From an uncultured delta proteobacterium (GTDB lineage: Bacteria; Desulfobacterota; WTBG01; CAIYCZ01), in contig CAWDOY010000003.1 in the NCBI GenBank assembly GCA_963803975.1, positions 288,001 through 352,000 on the forward strand: DNA of 64,000 nucleotides. Direction: 5' to 3'. A program made the position numbers and the translations under genes. The notes beneath the pieces are model-generated. The model did no database searches and had not been told where the DNA came from. It saw nothing but the letters and a program-made list of their open reading frames with translations. Of this stretch, positions 30,240 to 41,521 are shown one piece after another. Positions within the stretch are counted from its first letter, which is position 1; each line of letters starts with the position of its first letter.

Positions 30240-31073
30240 GTGATGCCAGTGAGATTGTCAGGCAGATATGTAATGCTTTTAATTGTATTTCTTGTAGCAG
30301 CCGGGATTAGCAGCGCCGCCCCCATGTTCGCAGAAGAAAATATTCCGGCTGGAAATACTCTCCCTGCAGTGCCTTCCGGCACGCTCTACCAGGTTGCCTT
30401 TAAAGCAGCGCGGCCGGTGAACGGCATGGCAATCGCTGAATATTCAACCGGGGAAGTTCTGGCCTCATGGTCTTTCAGCGGCAGCGCATCTTCCTCTTCC
30501 ACCGGCACCTATTATAATAATGATACTGCGGGGCGGAAATTCCTCCTGAGTATTAAAGACAGCGGGGACGGTGGACAGTTTATCAGCGTGACGTCACGAT
30601 TTGCCAATCTGCTGCGCATGAAAATAACCTATGCTGACGGCATTGGTCAGGAAATAGTGCCGGATTTTCCCATTGTCTTATTCAACTGTTCTTTTGAAGA
30701 TATGACGGCCTGCGCGCCGGGCGGCAGCCTTTCCTCTCCCTACCAGGACTGCAGCCGCGCCTTTGCCGGCTATGTGGAACTGGTTGTCACCCATAGCAAC
30801 GGAACATGGAAGGAATTCGAGCAGAATGTTTTACAGCCTTTGAAAATATCTCCTGAGTGGAATGCTGCCGATATTTGTACTTTTGTGTTTCGTAAACTTG
30901 ACCGGGGCTTTTATGCTGAGGTCCGCATAACCACCCCTAACTGTCTGCAAACAGTGTCACAGAAGCTTCAGGGCAATCCTGCAATTCTTTCAGCGCAGGG
31001 ACGCCAGCTTATTGTCAATTATAAAACTGCTGCTCAGCCTCCGGTACCTCCAGTACCCATAATTCAGGACTGA
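30240..31073 (+). CDS. Hypothetical exported protein
   Basis: 277-aa ORF with an N-terminal signal-like segment; no family recognised. Confidence 0.55.
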   Translation: MMPVRLSGRYVMLLIVFLVAAGISSAAPMFAEENIPAGNTLPAVPSGTLYQVAFKAARPVNGMAIAEYSTGEVLASWSFSGSASSSSTGTYYNNDTAGRKFLLSIKDSGDGGQFISVTSRFANLLRMKITYADGIGQEIVPDFPIVLFNCSFEDMTACAPGGSLSSPYQDCSRAFAGYVELVVTHSNGTWKEFEQNVLQPLKISPEWNAADICTFVFRKLDRGFYAEVRITTPNCLQTVSQKLQGNPAILSAQGRQLIVNYKTAAQPPVPPVPIIQD

Positions 31074-31183
31074 TGAATTCTTCTCAAGCCTATCCCCTGC
31101 TGAAGCTTTCACCAATAATCACCCCTTGTTCTTTATCTGTTTTCTGTTTGTATTTAAATAAATCTTGGATATAATCCACCCGT

Positions 31184-33617
31184 ATGTCTCTGGAAGATAT
31201 TCTCATTGCCATTGAAAAACCGCTCTCATTTGCTGCAAAAAACAATTTTGCAAACCTTCCCCATATCATAAATCTTAGTGAAATAGTCCGCTGCCCTTGC
31301 AGATAAGGGGCTTTCTGAGACAAATGATTATAACCTATCAGGATTTATTATCTAAATTAAAGAGTTTATTTTCCGCTTTTTCATCTTCGGAAGAGCCGCA
31401 GAAGAGAGCAGCTATTGTGCAGTCTTTGGAAATTATAAAAAAGCTGCGTACCCCGTTACCTCATGCTGAGACTCATGTGCAGAGTCCTGTTTCGTATTAT
31501 GATGCACATAAAATGCTCTGCGTCATCAATCCAGTACGTGAAAGGCGTCGGGCCCAAATTATCCGAGATACTCTCCCGCAGGAACATCGCTACCATTGAG
31601 GACGCCCTCTACTTCCTGCCCCGTACCTATCTTGACCGGAGAAGATTTCAAAAGATTGCCGACTTGAGGAGCGGCGAAGAGGCGACCGTGATGGGGGTTA
31701 TCATCTCCACCGGCAAGGCAGCTTCCTTCAAGCGCAGGAGCATATTTGAGATCGCCGTTGATGACGGCAGCCAGACACTGGTCGCCAAATGGTTCAACTT
31801 CAGCCCCCAGTACCAGGGAGCGCTAAAGAATAAATTCAAGAACGGCCAGAAGGTCATTCTTTCCGGCCGGGTTGCTGATTTTCGCTTTCAAAAAGAGATC
31901 CACCACCCGGACATTGAGCTGATAGATGAAGACGAGGATTTGGGCCCTGATTTTAAAGCAATCATACCGGTCTATCCCTTGAGCGAGGGCCTGCACCAGA
32001 AGACACTGCGAAAGATCATGCGCACGATTGTGGAAGCATACTCCCGCCAGGTGCCTGACCCGCTCGCTGCAGTCACTGCTCAAAGCATACTCACTGGTTC
32101 CTCTTTCTGATGCACTGTCTAAAGTGCATTTCCCTGATAACAGCGATAACTTTACTGCTCTGGTCAATTTTCAATCCCGCTACCACCGCCGGCTGGTCTT
32201 TGAAGAGCTCTTTTTTCTTGAGCTGGGGCTGGCTTTGAAGAAAAAAGGGCTCTCCATTCAACCGGGCATTGCATTTACTATTCCCCGCGAGCAGATGTCC
32301 CGGTTTATTGCCGCCCTGCCCTTTTCTCTGACCAGCGCCCAGCAGAGGACCCTGAACGAAATAATGTCTGACATGGAAAAGCCGTTCCCCATGAACCGCC
32401 TGATACAGGGCGATGTTGGCAGCGGCAAAACCGTGGTTGCCCTGATAGCAGCCCTTGCAGCCATAGAAAACGGCTATCAGGCGGTTTTTATGGCGCCCAC
32501 TGAAATACTGGCAGAGCAGCATTATAAAACCATCAGCACCCTTGCCCGGAATGCCGGTATCAGCATGGCGCTCCTGACCGGCAGCCAGACGAAGACGCAG
32601 CGAACAGAAATTCTGGAGCAGATACGAAACGGCGCAGCTCAGCTCATCATCGGCACCCATGCGGTTATCCAGGAAGCTGTTGAATTTCACCAATTGGGAT
32701 TTGCCGTCATTGACGAGCAGCATAAATTCGGTGTCATGCAGCGCGCCCAGCTTAAGAAAAAAGGCTGTAGCCCTGATGTGCTGGTCATGACCGCGACGCC
32801 CATTCCGCGCACCCTGGGGCTCACGGTGTACGGCGACCTTGATCTATCCCTGATTGATGAGCTGCCGCCGGGCAGAACGCCGATAGCAACAAAGGTTTAT
32901 CATGAAAAAAACCGCGACGACGTGTATGAGATTGTGCGCCGGGAGCTTGGCCGCGGCAATCAGACCTTTATTGTGTACCCGCTGGTGGATGAATCAGAAA
33001 AGATGGACCTGAAGGATGCCACCAACATGGCCCGACACCTGCAGCAGGATATATTCCCCACGTACCGGGTCGGGCTCATTCACGGCAGAATGGCGGCCGC
33101 GGAGAAAGATGCCATCATGCAGGAGTTTCAGGGAGGCACCATTCACATCCTGGTGGCAACCACGGTGATCGAGGTCGGCATTGATATACCCAATGCTTCG
33201 CTTATGATCATCGAGCATGCCGAGCGCTTCGGCCTGTGCCAGCTTCATCAGCTGCGCGGCCGCGTCGGCAGGGGCGCGGCCCGGTCCATGTGCATACTGC
33301 TCGCCCAGTATAGAAAGTCTGATGACGCGCGGCGGCGCCTTGCGGTCATGGAGCAGACCACTGACGGTTTTAAAATCGCGGAGGAGGATTTTAATATCAG
33401 GGGGCCGGGAGAGTTTCTGGGGACCCGTCAGTCAGGGTTGCCTGATTTCCGGGTGGCGAACATACTGCGTGACGTGAAGGTCCTGCATGAGGCGCGGCGC
33501 GCCGCGTTTGAATTGATTGAACGCGACCCGGATCTCATCGCGGAGGAGCATCACCTGATGAAGAAAGTCCTTGCAGAGCGCTGGAAAGGACGGCTGGAAC
33601 TGGCAGGAATCGGATAG
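31184..33617 (+). CDS. recG: ATP-dependent DNA helicase RecG (about 3 frameshifts)
   Basis: VKGVGPK, RLVFEELF, MNRLIQGDVGSGKT, DEQHKFG, MTATPIPRT, QLHQLRGRVGRG, GPGEFLGTRQSG. Confidence 0.95.
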
Positions 33618-33635
33618 CAATAGGGTAAGAATTAC

Positions 33636-33890
33636 AAATGTCAAAATCCAAATGACCAATGAATGCCAAAATCAAAATACCAAATACGACGCCTGGAACT
33701 TTTTGTTCTTTGTCATTTGAAATTCATTTGAACTTTGGATTTTAAACTTGAATTTTCCCTCTTCACCTTTTAACCTCTGTGCCTGTTGCCTCTGTGCCTT
33801 TGTGCCTGCAACCGCGCCGTAGTCCCACAAAGGACGTAGGCGGGTCACCCATTCACCTTTTCACCTTTCACTTTCCACTTTTCACTTTCT
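33636..33890. repeat. Intergenic cluster of short 7-8-mer tandem repeats
   Basis: AAATGTC/AAATCCA/AATGACC block with an inverted counterpart (GTCATTT..TTTGGATTT), TGTGCCT x3 and TTTCACC/TTTCACT runs. Confidence 0.7.
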
Positions 33891-33891
33891 T

Positions 33892-34221
33892 CTAATAATC
33901 TTCCGCATCGCTTTTACCGGTATCCATCATCTTGGAAAATCTCTTTTTGCCGCGCTTGGCCGCGACTTTCGAGAGCTGCTTCACCTCCTGCTTCATCTTA
34001 TCCGATATATTGTCGCCCATCTTACTTAAGAATTTCTTCTCCACAGCTTCGGCCAGCCCGTCTTCCCGCGGGCCGGCAAGGTAACGGGTCCTCGAGATAA
34101 GCTTCTGCACGTCGGTTGATTTACACTTTTTACACATTGGCGTGTACTTTTCATCATGGCGCAGCAGCACGTGATCAAAGACTGTTTTACATGCATTACA
34201 CTGGTATTCGTAGATTGGCAT
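33892..34221 (-). CDS. FmdB-family zinc ribbon protein
   Basis: MPIYEYQCNAC..CKKCKS..KLIS. Confidence 0.9.
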   Translation of the reverse strand: MPIYEYQCNACKTVFDHVLLRHDEKYTPMCKKCKSTDVQKLISRTRYLAGPREDGLAEAVEKKFLSKMGDNISDKMKQEVKQLSKVAAKRGKKRFSKMMDTGKSDAEDY

Positions 34222-34241
34222 GGGTCTTTCTCCTTAACTGT

Positions 34242-34393
34242 CAGACTGTTGAAAAACACCCATCTGCTTCGTTGCGCTCATCCCTCGTCATTGCGACGTA
34301 CGGTACTGTACGACTCATTCTTCATGATTTCGCGCGCCTTGCATCTGAATGTTTTTGACCAGCCCGAGAAAAAACAACTTTTCAAGAAACCTG
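34242..34393. mobile_element. MITE-like element
   Basis: Imperfect inverted ends CTGTTGAAAAA / TTTTTCAAG, with internal CATCTGC..CGTAC..GTACG..GCGCGCCTTGCATCTG; non-coding. Confidence 0.6.
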
Positions 34394-36280
34394 CTATATT
34401 GCCTGTGCATGAGAGCCTGGTTCTATATCATCGAACTGCGGCTCCTTCTTTTTTGCCTCTTCCCGGTATTTTTTAAATTTATTAAACTGCTTTTCGTAAT
34501 ACGGCAAATTTTCCGGCCGGGCTGCTATCGCCAGTTCCAGAGCGTGCACTGCCTCCTCATACTGACCGTTAATGAAATAGCTTTCACCGAGGGTATCAAG
34601 TATGTGCGGTTTAGGGGCCAGATCTGCGGCACGCTGAGAAAGTTCCAGCGCTTTATTCGGCCGATACAGCTCTTTATCCTGAGCTGTGGCATAGAGCCAG
34701 GCAAGGTTATTCAGTATCTCCGGGTCGTCTGGATTAAGCGTCAATGCCTTATGAAAGCACGCTTCAGCCTTTTTCAAGTCTCCCTGCTCATAGTACACAT
34801 TACCGAGGGAAAAAACATAGAGCGTGTTTTCAGGGTTTGATGCAACCTTTTTTTCCATGACATATTGCAGGAAGGTCATCTTTGCCTGCACCAGGGGTTT
34901 TTCACCAAAGGTATAGAACACCGTACCTGCTCCAATGAACAAAACAGCATAAAAGGCCACCATCCGGGCAACCCGTGCATCATGTTTAGTAATCAGCGAC
35001 GGGTCGCGATCGCAACTCTCTAAAAACCGTATCCGCTCTGCGATACCGAAGTGATGCCAGTTCGGCGCATTTCTGTTCTGTGAGCCTATGCGTGCTATCT
35101 TTTCCAGCGACCGTATAAGACCGCTGCTGCTTTTTGTCATCTTCAAAGCATGCGCGTCAGCCTGCCGTTCAAAAATGCGGGAAAAATATCCAAAGCAGAA
35201 GCGATAATAAAGAACAAAACAAACGACAGGCAGTATGGTCAGCAGCATTGAAACAGCACTGTTCGTGTATGCTGCTCCTGAAGCAATCATAGTGGTGAAA
35301 ATATTCAAAGAAAGCAGCTTATACGTCATGAACTCCAATGCTTCATAAGCAAACACGGCGAAGCCCATTATGATAAGTGTATAGTAGAGCATATGGTGAT
35401 GCTGCACATGCCCTATCTCATGAGCAACTACTGCTTCAAGCTCATCCTCATCCAGTATCTGCATGAGAGACGGGCTGATTAAAATGTAGCGGTATTTTTT
35501 TATAAAGCCAATAACGCCGGCATTTATCAGCTTGCCATCAAATAAGTTCCACAGCACCATATCAGCATAGGTAAGGCGGGCGCTGGCGCAGAAACGTTCA
35601 AGACTCTCGCGCACAGGACCTGCCGGGAGCGGCTTGCAGCCCCAGAGCCTGACAATCACAAACGGCAGGTAGATGGCCAGCATTGCCAGCAGCAACACAA
35701 ACAATAATAAGCCAACAAGCGGGAACTGCTCCAGCACCTGATAAAAATCTGCGAATACCAGGTTCACCATATCGATCACCAAAGATACCAGGAGCCAGGG
35801 AAGGAGCACCGTAGCGTTTATTTTAAGCTGAGACAGCAGATACGCGGGGGCCTGTATACCGGCGTTGCAGAATTGTCTGTAGGTGGGAAATGCGCACGAC
35901 CAGATGATGAAAAGCAGTGCTAAAAAGGGAGCGATACCGAGCAGGTTGGCGAGAAACGTGCTGACGTGTATCAGCGGTGCCTGTGCCAGCAGCAGTTTGA
36001 AATCAAAGACATAGATAAAAAGCGCGTAGATAATAATGGCCAGGGCCGTGCTTTGGTTAACCAGGGCAGTATGATATGAGGCACATGCCGATAGCCTGTT
36101 GCTGTCTGAAGCGCAGCGCCGGGCAAAATATTCAAATCGGTTCCGGACATACAGATAAAAAAGAATGCCCAGCAGCGCAATACCCGCTGCATCCACATCC
36201 CGCGTAAAGTTTGCGCTCTCGGGCTGATATCCGGTATAGATAAGCAGTACAATAATGAAATGGAGTATATTTGAGTACAC
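34394..36280 (-). CDS. M48 family membrane metalloprotease with C-terminal TPRs
   Basis: VAHEIGH, FERQAD, many TM segments, LNNLAW..ILDTLG TPRs. Confidence 0.9.
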   Translation of the reverse strand: MYSNILHFIIVLLIYTGYQPESANFTRDVDAAGIALLGILFYLYVRNRFEYFARRCASDSNRLSACASYHTALVNQSTALAIIIYALFIYVFDFKLLLAQAPLIHVSTFLANLLGIAPFLALLFIIWSCAFPTYRQFCNAGIQAPAYLLSQLKINATVLLPWLLVSLVIDMVNLVFADFYQVLEQFPLVGLLLFVLLLAMLAIYLPFVIVRLWGCKPLPAGPVRESLERFCASARLTYADMVLWNLFDGKLINAGVIGFIKKYRYILISPSLMQILDEDELEAVVAHEIGHVQHHHMLYYTLIIMGFAVFAYEALEFMTYKLLSLNIFTTMIASGAAYTNSAVSMLLTILPVVCFVLYYRFCFGYFSRIFERQADAHALKMTKSSSGLIRSLEKIARIGSQNRNAPNWHHFGIAERIRFLESCDRDPSLITKHDARVARMVAFYAVLFIGAGTVFYTFGEKPLVQAKMTFLQYVMEKKVASNPENTLYVFSLGNVYYEQGDLKKAEACFHKALTLNPDDPEILNNLAWLYATAQDKELYRPNKALELSQRAADLAPKPHILDTLGESYFINGQYEEAVHALELAIAARPENLPYYEKQFNKFKKYREEAKKKEPQFDDIEPGSHAQAI

Positions 36281-36361
36281 GGTTCTGAAATTTGCCGTAA
36301 ATTAAAATGAGGACAGCAGAGACTGTCCTCATGTATGAAACCAACCATCTGCACTCGTAAA

Positions 36362-36513
36362 AGCTAATTGCAAAAATCTTCAAGAAACGGGATTGCTTCG
36401 CTTCGCTCGCAATGACAAATGGCGTCTTTGCTTTCCCTGGAGTGTTCAGCGAAGTTCCGGGCGCAGTGTGGGGGACGAAGCAATCTCAAAAAGTATGACT
36501 TTTGCAATTGGCT
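36362..36513. mobile_element. MITE with 14-bp terminal inverted repeats
   Basis: AGCTAATTGCAAAA...TTTTGCAATTGGCT enclosing GATTGCTTCGCTTCGCTCGCAATGAC and GACGAAGCAATCTC. Confidence 0.8.
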
Positions 36514-36532
36514 CGTAAGGCAGCAATTCAAT

Positions 36533-36754
36533 CTATATATATTTTTTTGCTATCCGTTCCTGTTTTGGCGGCAGTTTTTTGTGCTTGGCTTCTTCAAAAA
36601 TAACGTCTGCAATCTTAAGCGATACGAAAAAGTCTTCTTCGACCTTTTTCCTGCGCGCATTCATGCTGAGATTTTTATACTCGGGGACCGTGTGTGAAAG
36701 ATATAACGCTACCTGTAGCGTTGCCGCAATTTGTGGTATTTCTTTTAGCGCCAT
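36533..36754 (-). CDS. Hypothetical protein
   Basis: 73-aa ORF with AAGGAGG RBS. Confidence 0.6.
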   Translation of the reverse strand: MALKEIPQIAATLQVALYLSHTVPEYKNLSMNARRKKVEEDFFVSLKIADVIFEEAKHKKLPPKQERIAKKYI

Positions 36755-36911
36755 AATAATCCTCCTTGTAATGTTAGGGTAATGTATTCAAGCGTTCTAT
36801 TTCCCGTTGCCATGTATTAAACAATAACACTAATTGTTTGACATTTCAAAGATATTTTTAATCTGCCGCGCTACCTTGAGCGCCCCTCTGCCGCGCCGGT
36901 TTACACCCGTT

Positions 36912-38720
36912 TCATTTCCTGAACAAAAAGGCGCTTATGTAGCGGGTATCTATGTCGCGTGCGTCAGCCAGAGCGCCACACTCCTGTTCCAGCACCTCAA
37001 GGCAGTTCCGCACAAAAGTCTGCAGGCACGGCATGGTGTCTTCAGATAGCCGGTACTGGAGGCGCAGCCAGTTCATGGTATCCGGCAATAACGATTCAGT
37101 CAACGAGGCTGATACAGCCCCTTTCTTCGCTGAAGCAGTGAAGACCCTGGACAGAAACTTTTGCAATTCTGCCACGGTTATAGGCGTTGGCTCTGTTTTA
37201 CCGTACAATACATGACGGGCAAGAACAGTAAGAAACAGCTGCTGCGCCCTTAGTTCGCCGGTATCTTCAAGAGTTGATTCCGCAACCACTGCGTTTATGA
37301 CACCAGGACCCTGGAGTCCAAAGCAATCAAACAGCACTTTGGTAATAATCGCCACAACATCAAGAACTCTTTCGGTCACCCGGATCTCTTCTAACGTCTC
37401 AAATTCACGGCAGGTGCTGCTCTCCTTAACAAGGTTGCCTTCAAAAAAGAGCGGGCGGGCGCTTCTGAGGCCGGCAATGGTTTCGCCCCATGGCAGGCCA
37501 AAAAATTCCGGCTGCAGCTTCGAATACCTATCCTGCAGCAACGCGTAAAAATCCCGTGCGCTGTTCTGCAAGGTGAGTGCCTGGCTGTAGCCGGCCCGGA
37601 ATAAGAAGTGTATCGGCACTTCCCCCATAAGCCTGACAGCAGTATCCATGTCCTGTTTGCTTAACAGCTCAAGGCTGATATTTATATAGCCCATCACCTT
37701 GCCGAAGGCTCTTTCTTTATCCCGCGGTTCCCTTGCCGCTGTGCAATCGGCAATCATAATCTTATTGGTAAGGCTGATAATTTCACGCTGGACTCGTTCC
37801 GCAATCTGTCTGTCATCTATGCGATGCAGCACTGCATGCACAAAAAGGTTACGTTTGCTCTGAGTAAAACGATAGCGAAGCCGGGGAAGCTGAGACGGAG
37901 ATGGCGCGGCCGCATGACCTTCGTGCTGTTTTTTGTCTAAAATCGCCTGCATTTCTTCCGCGCTCAGATACTGATAAACCGGCCAGGCTTCTTCCAGTTC
38001 CGGAAATCCCTGTTCCGCCATCCTCCTCTGCCGCATGCGCAGCGCATCCTCCTCCAGCTCTATTGCCGAAACCCATTTGGTATTTTCCATGAGATAATAA
38101 AAATAGCTGCTGTCAGTCTTATAGAGCAGATGGAGAAACGGTATTGCTATCTGGCGGGCTTCATCGTCTGCAAACTGAAAATAGTAGAGGCCGTCAATGG
38201 TCCAGGATGGCAGCAGGTCCGAGGCTTCTGTCAGGTCAAGATCGTCGCTCAGCCGGAAAACGTTAAACAGCTTTTTAAAAGCAAAATTGAGGAAACGCTC
38301 GTCGGTCCTGGTAACCCATTCCAGCACATTTTCTTCCCTGCACCGCAGCAGCATCCTGAGCCAATGGCTGACGCCGGCCATGTCTATCAGGTCTTTTATC
38401 CAGCAGTCAATGTCTATACTATACTGCAGCTGGTCAAACGACAGCCGTGAGATAATCGGCAGGGCATCGTCAGCGCCGATTTCTTTGATGGTCCAGTATA
38501 TCTCGTCTTCCGGCAGCGCCTGTACCAGTTTTGCCGGGTTCTCATCAAGCATAATGAGCTGCTGCCGTTTTATCCAGGGCGCGCTGAGCACCACGCCAAT
38601 CTTATCTTCAGGAGATAGAGAATTAAATGCAGACTGGGCTTCCCGCGCATCCAGGTTCAAGATAAGCTCAGGGGTGACCTCATGCTTTGCTATGCTCAAA
38701 TTCCTGTTTAACTTCTTCAT
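36912..38720 (-). CDS. DUF6178-like conserved protein
   Basis: LVQALPEDEIYWTIKEIG..D, DIDCW, RMAEQGFP, HFLFRAGY. Confidence 0.7.
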   Translation of the reverse strand: MKKLNRNLSIAKHEVTPELILNLDAREAQSAFNSLSPEDKIGVVLSAPWIKRQQLIMLDENPAKLVQALPEDEIYWTIKEIGADDALPIISRLSFDQLQYSIDIDCWIKDLIDMAGVSHWLRMLLRCREENVLEWVTRTDERFLNFAFKKLFNVFRLSDDLDLTEASDLLPSWTIDGLYYFQFADDEARQIAIPFLHLLYKTDSSYFYYLMENTKWVSAIELEEDALRMRQRRMAEQGFPELEEAWPVYQYLSAEEMQAILDKKQHEGHAAAPSPSQLPRLRYRFTQSKRNLFVHAVLHRIDDRQIAERVQREIISLTNKIMIADCTAAREPRDKERAFGKVMGYINISLELLSKQDMDTAVRLMGEVPIHFLFRAGYSQALTLQNSARDFYALLQDRYSKLQPEFFGLPWGETIAGLRSARPLFFEGNLVKESSTCREFETLEEIRVTERVLDVVAIITKVLFDCFGLQGPGVINAVVAESTLEDTGELRAQQLFLTVLARHVLYGKTEPTPITVAELQKFLSRVFTASAKKGAVSASLTESLLPDTMNWLRLQYRLSEDTMPCLQTFVRNCLEVLEQECGALADARDIDTRYISAFLFRK

Positions 38721-38848
38721 CTCCGGCGTTACTCTTTGCTGTCAAATTATATTGCTACTATACCTGTCTTATAGTATAGCTGTGAACATTCATTGCAGGT
38801 TCAGTGAACTATACCACTTGCTAACAACGTGTCGCAGTTCATTGTATT

Positions 38849-41521
38849 ATGAAACACCGCGCCCGGAAAAATCAAAGTCTGATTAGCCTTTCAATTTATC
38901 TTATCTTTTTATCATTATCTATCCCACAGGAAGTAAAAACTCAAGAAGATTCTCCCTGGAAGGATCTCGGCCTGTACGGAGGCCAGATTGAAGCGATTGC
39001 GATTGATCCCTTTGACAGCTCCAGACTCTTTGCCGGGAGCTATTTAGGCGGCGGCCTGTTTACATCAATTGATTCCGGCACATCCTGGAAGGCTGTCCCG
39101 GAATTCAGGAATACAGAAGTCTATGATATCTGCTATGACCCGAACCAGCAGGGTACCATATGGGTGGCATACAGCCAGTTTGTTTCAGTGACCCGTGATG
39201 GAGGAGAAACCTGGGTAAAGTTTCAATTTGCGGAAAAGGAAAAACGGTTCTGCTATACCGTGAAAGTTGACCCTCATGACTCTTCGGGCAATACCATTTA
39301 CGTTGGCACCGGCGGCCCTGACGGCGGAGATGATGAAGGAGCAGTTTTTAAAACCACCAGCAGCGGACAGCTTTGGCTCAAAACTAACCTCATTGCTGAC
39401 TGTACAATACGAAAGCTTGCCATCAACCCCCTGCCGCCCGGTGAAATCTGGGCGGTATCCGGCGTCATGCTCGGTACAGCCCGCGGCATGGTGTACGCAT
39501 CGATTGATGCAGGGGCAACCTGGCGTCACTGGGACATCGGCTGGTATCTCGATGAAATAATCGTTCACCCGCAGTACCGGCAGACTGTTTTTGCCGCCGG
39601 CGAGCGCGGCATCATCCGCAAGCAGGACGGCCCTGCTGCAGCAACCGGCTGGTCACTGCTCGAGCCGCAGGAACGATGCCGGTCTTTGTGCATCCCGCCA
39701 ACACAGACTGACACCCTCTATGCAGGGCTTTCCGATAAAACAGCAAAAAGCACTGACCGCGGCAGCACCTGGACCTACTACCCATCAGCAAATAATTTTA
39801 TGAGCCTGGCTGCTGCACCGGATACTAAAGGTCAGCTCTACGGCGGTGATTCAAACCGCGGCATATTCAAAAGCACTGACGCTGCCGCATCCTGGAAAGA
39901 GATCAACACAGGCATCCAGGCAAACCAGATCTACTCCATTGCGGTCTCCCCGGTCAATGACAGCACCATCATGGCCGGAACGCTTGCCGGTTTATACCTG
40001 CGCGATCAAACACTGCAGTGGGATCTTATTAATGACGGGCATTCAGAGGCGGTCTCTTTTCATCCGCTCTATGAAAACATACTATACGCCGGCTTTGACC
40101 GGGAATTCGGAAAAAGCCCGGACCGGGGAAAAACCTGGAGCTATAGCCCGCTCTCTGCTCTTTCTGAAGCACATGATGTTTCCTCAATTGCTGTTTCAGT
40201 GCTGGACCCTGCCCTGGTGCTTGCCGGCATCTATTTCTATGCCGGTGACCGGGGGGAAGTTATCAGGAGTACTGACAGCGGAGCATCCTTTGATTCTGTC
40301 TGGCAGGCTTCGGTTCCGGTCAATGCAGTTGCCCTTCATCCAGCAGACCCGCAGATCATGTTTGCCGGCACCGGCAGCTTCTATGCACCGGTCCTTCCCG
40401 GCGGCTTGTTTATCAGCACGGATGGCGGCGATTCCTGGAGCCCGACGTCGCTGCAGAATGTCGTAGTAAACAGCATTGTTATAAGCTCTTCTGACCCGAA
40501 TCTCATCTATGCCGGATGCGGGGGCAGCGACTGCGCGTATGCCGGGATCTTTAAAAGCACGGACGGCGGGACCACCTGGCAGAATACGGTTGCCGGGCTG
40601 CCCGTTGAATATGCCATCACGGCGCTGCAGATTGACGCGAAAAATGATGCAATAGTGTATGCCGCTTCTTTTTACAACGGGGTATTTGTTTCTCTTGACC
40701 AGGGAGGCTACTGGACTCAGATCGGCCTTTCAGACTTCCTGGTCTATGATCTGGCCCAGCTCAGCAGCGTTCAGAAATTCTCCGCACTGCAAACAAAAGC
40801 CGCACCGCAGTTCATTATACCATCGGCCACTATTGTGGCAGGCACTACCAGCGGCCTCTACCAGTATTCCGCCGCGGGCAGCGGCATGGTGACCGGCGCC
40901 ATCACCGCCCAGGATACGGGCAATGCAATCAATGCGGCACTGGTCTCTTCCTCCTGCGGCAGCAGCTGCATCAGCGCGGATGGCTATTACCTGCTGCTGA
41001 TGCCAGCCGGCATTCACACCATAGATATAGCCGCGGAGGGATATTATGCGGAAACAATCTCGGGGGTGCAGATAGTGGCCGGCGGGAGTATGGTGCGGGA
41101 TATATCTCTGGAGCCGCGCGAAGACAGCAATTCCTGCCCTGCTGCCGCGCTCCTCAGTAACATGCCCGGCCAGAGGTATCTTTCCGTGCTGAGAAGATTC
41201 AGGGACAGCGTGCTCGCTGCATCCCGCGACGGGCAGGAGCTGATAGCGCTCTACTATGCGCACGGGCCTTCGCTCATAAACGTGCTTGAAAAGCGGCAGG
41301 ACTTAAGAACCCGTTGTTTGAGCCTTCTGACTCAATGCCTGCCCGCGCTTGAGGCTGCGCTGTCGGGCAAGGCGCTGTCTTTATCTCCGTTGCTTGCCGA
41401 CGACGTCAGCTCCCTCCTCCAGGCGCTGGAAGAAGCAGCACCCGCGGAAATGAAGGTGGCCTTTGCTGCATTCAGGCGCTATCTGCACAGCCGCACGGCC
41501 CTAAAATTTTTCCAGGGCTGA
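38849..41521 (+). CDS. Exported BNR/Asp-box (VPS10/YCF48-like) propeller protein with a carboxypeptidase-regulatory-like domain and CFI-box-CTERM-like tail
   Basis: Many S.DGG.(T/S)W motifs; tail CPAAALL..LRRFRDSVL..GQELIALYY. Confidence 0.8.
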   Translation: MKHRARKNQSLISLSIYLIFLSLSIPQEVKTQEDSPWKDLGLYGGQIEAIAIDPFDSSRLFAGSYLGGGLFTSIDSGTSWKAVPEFRNTEVYDICYDPNQQGTIWVAYSQFVSVTRDGGETWVKFQFAEKEKRFCYTVKVDPHDSSGNTIYVGTGGPDGGDDEGAVFKTTSSGQLWLKTNLIADCTIRKLAINPLPPGEIWAVSGVMLGTARGMVYASIDAGATWRHWDIGWYLDEIIVHPQYRQTVFAAGERGIIRKQDGPAAATGWSLLEPQERCRSLCIPPTQTDTLYAGLSDKTAKSTDRGSTWTYYPSANNFMSLAAAPDTKGQLYGGDSNRGIFKSTDAAASWKEINTGIQANQIYSIAVSPVNDSTIMAGTLAGLYLRDQTLQWDLINDGHSEAVSFHPLYENILYAGFDREFGKSPDRGKTWSYSPLSALSEAHDVSSIAVSVLDPALVLAGIYFYAGDRGEVIRSTDSGASFDSVWQASVPVNAVALHPADPQIMFAGTGSFYAPVLPGGLFISTDGGDSWSPTSLQNVVVNSIVISSSDPNLIYAGCGGSDCAYAGIFKSTDGGTTWQNTVAGLPVEYAITALQIDAKNDAIVYAASFYNGVFVSLDQGGYWTQIGLSDFLVYDLAQLSSVQKFSALQTKAAPQFIIPSATIVAGTTSGLYQYSAAGSGMVTGAITAQDTGNAINAALVSSSCGSSCISADGYYLLLMPAGIHTIDIAAEGYYAETISGVQIVAGGSMVRDISLEPREDSNSCPAAALLSNMPGQRYLSVLRRFRDSVLAASRDGQELIALYYAHGPSLINVLEKRQDLRTRCLSLLTQCLPALEAALSGKALSLSPLLADDVSSLLQALEEAAPAEMKVAFAAFRRYLHSRTALKFFQG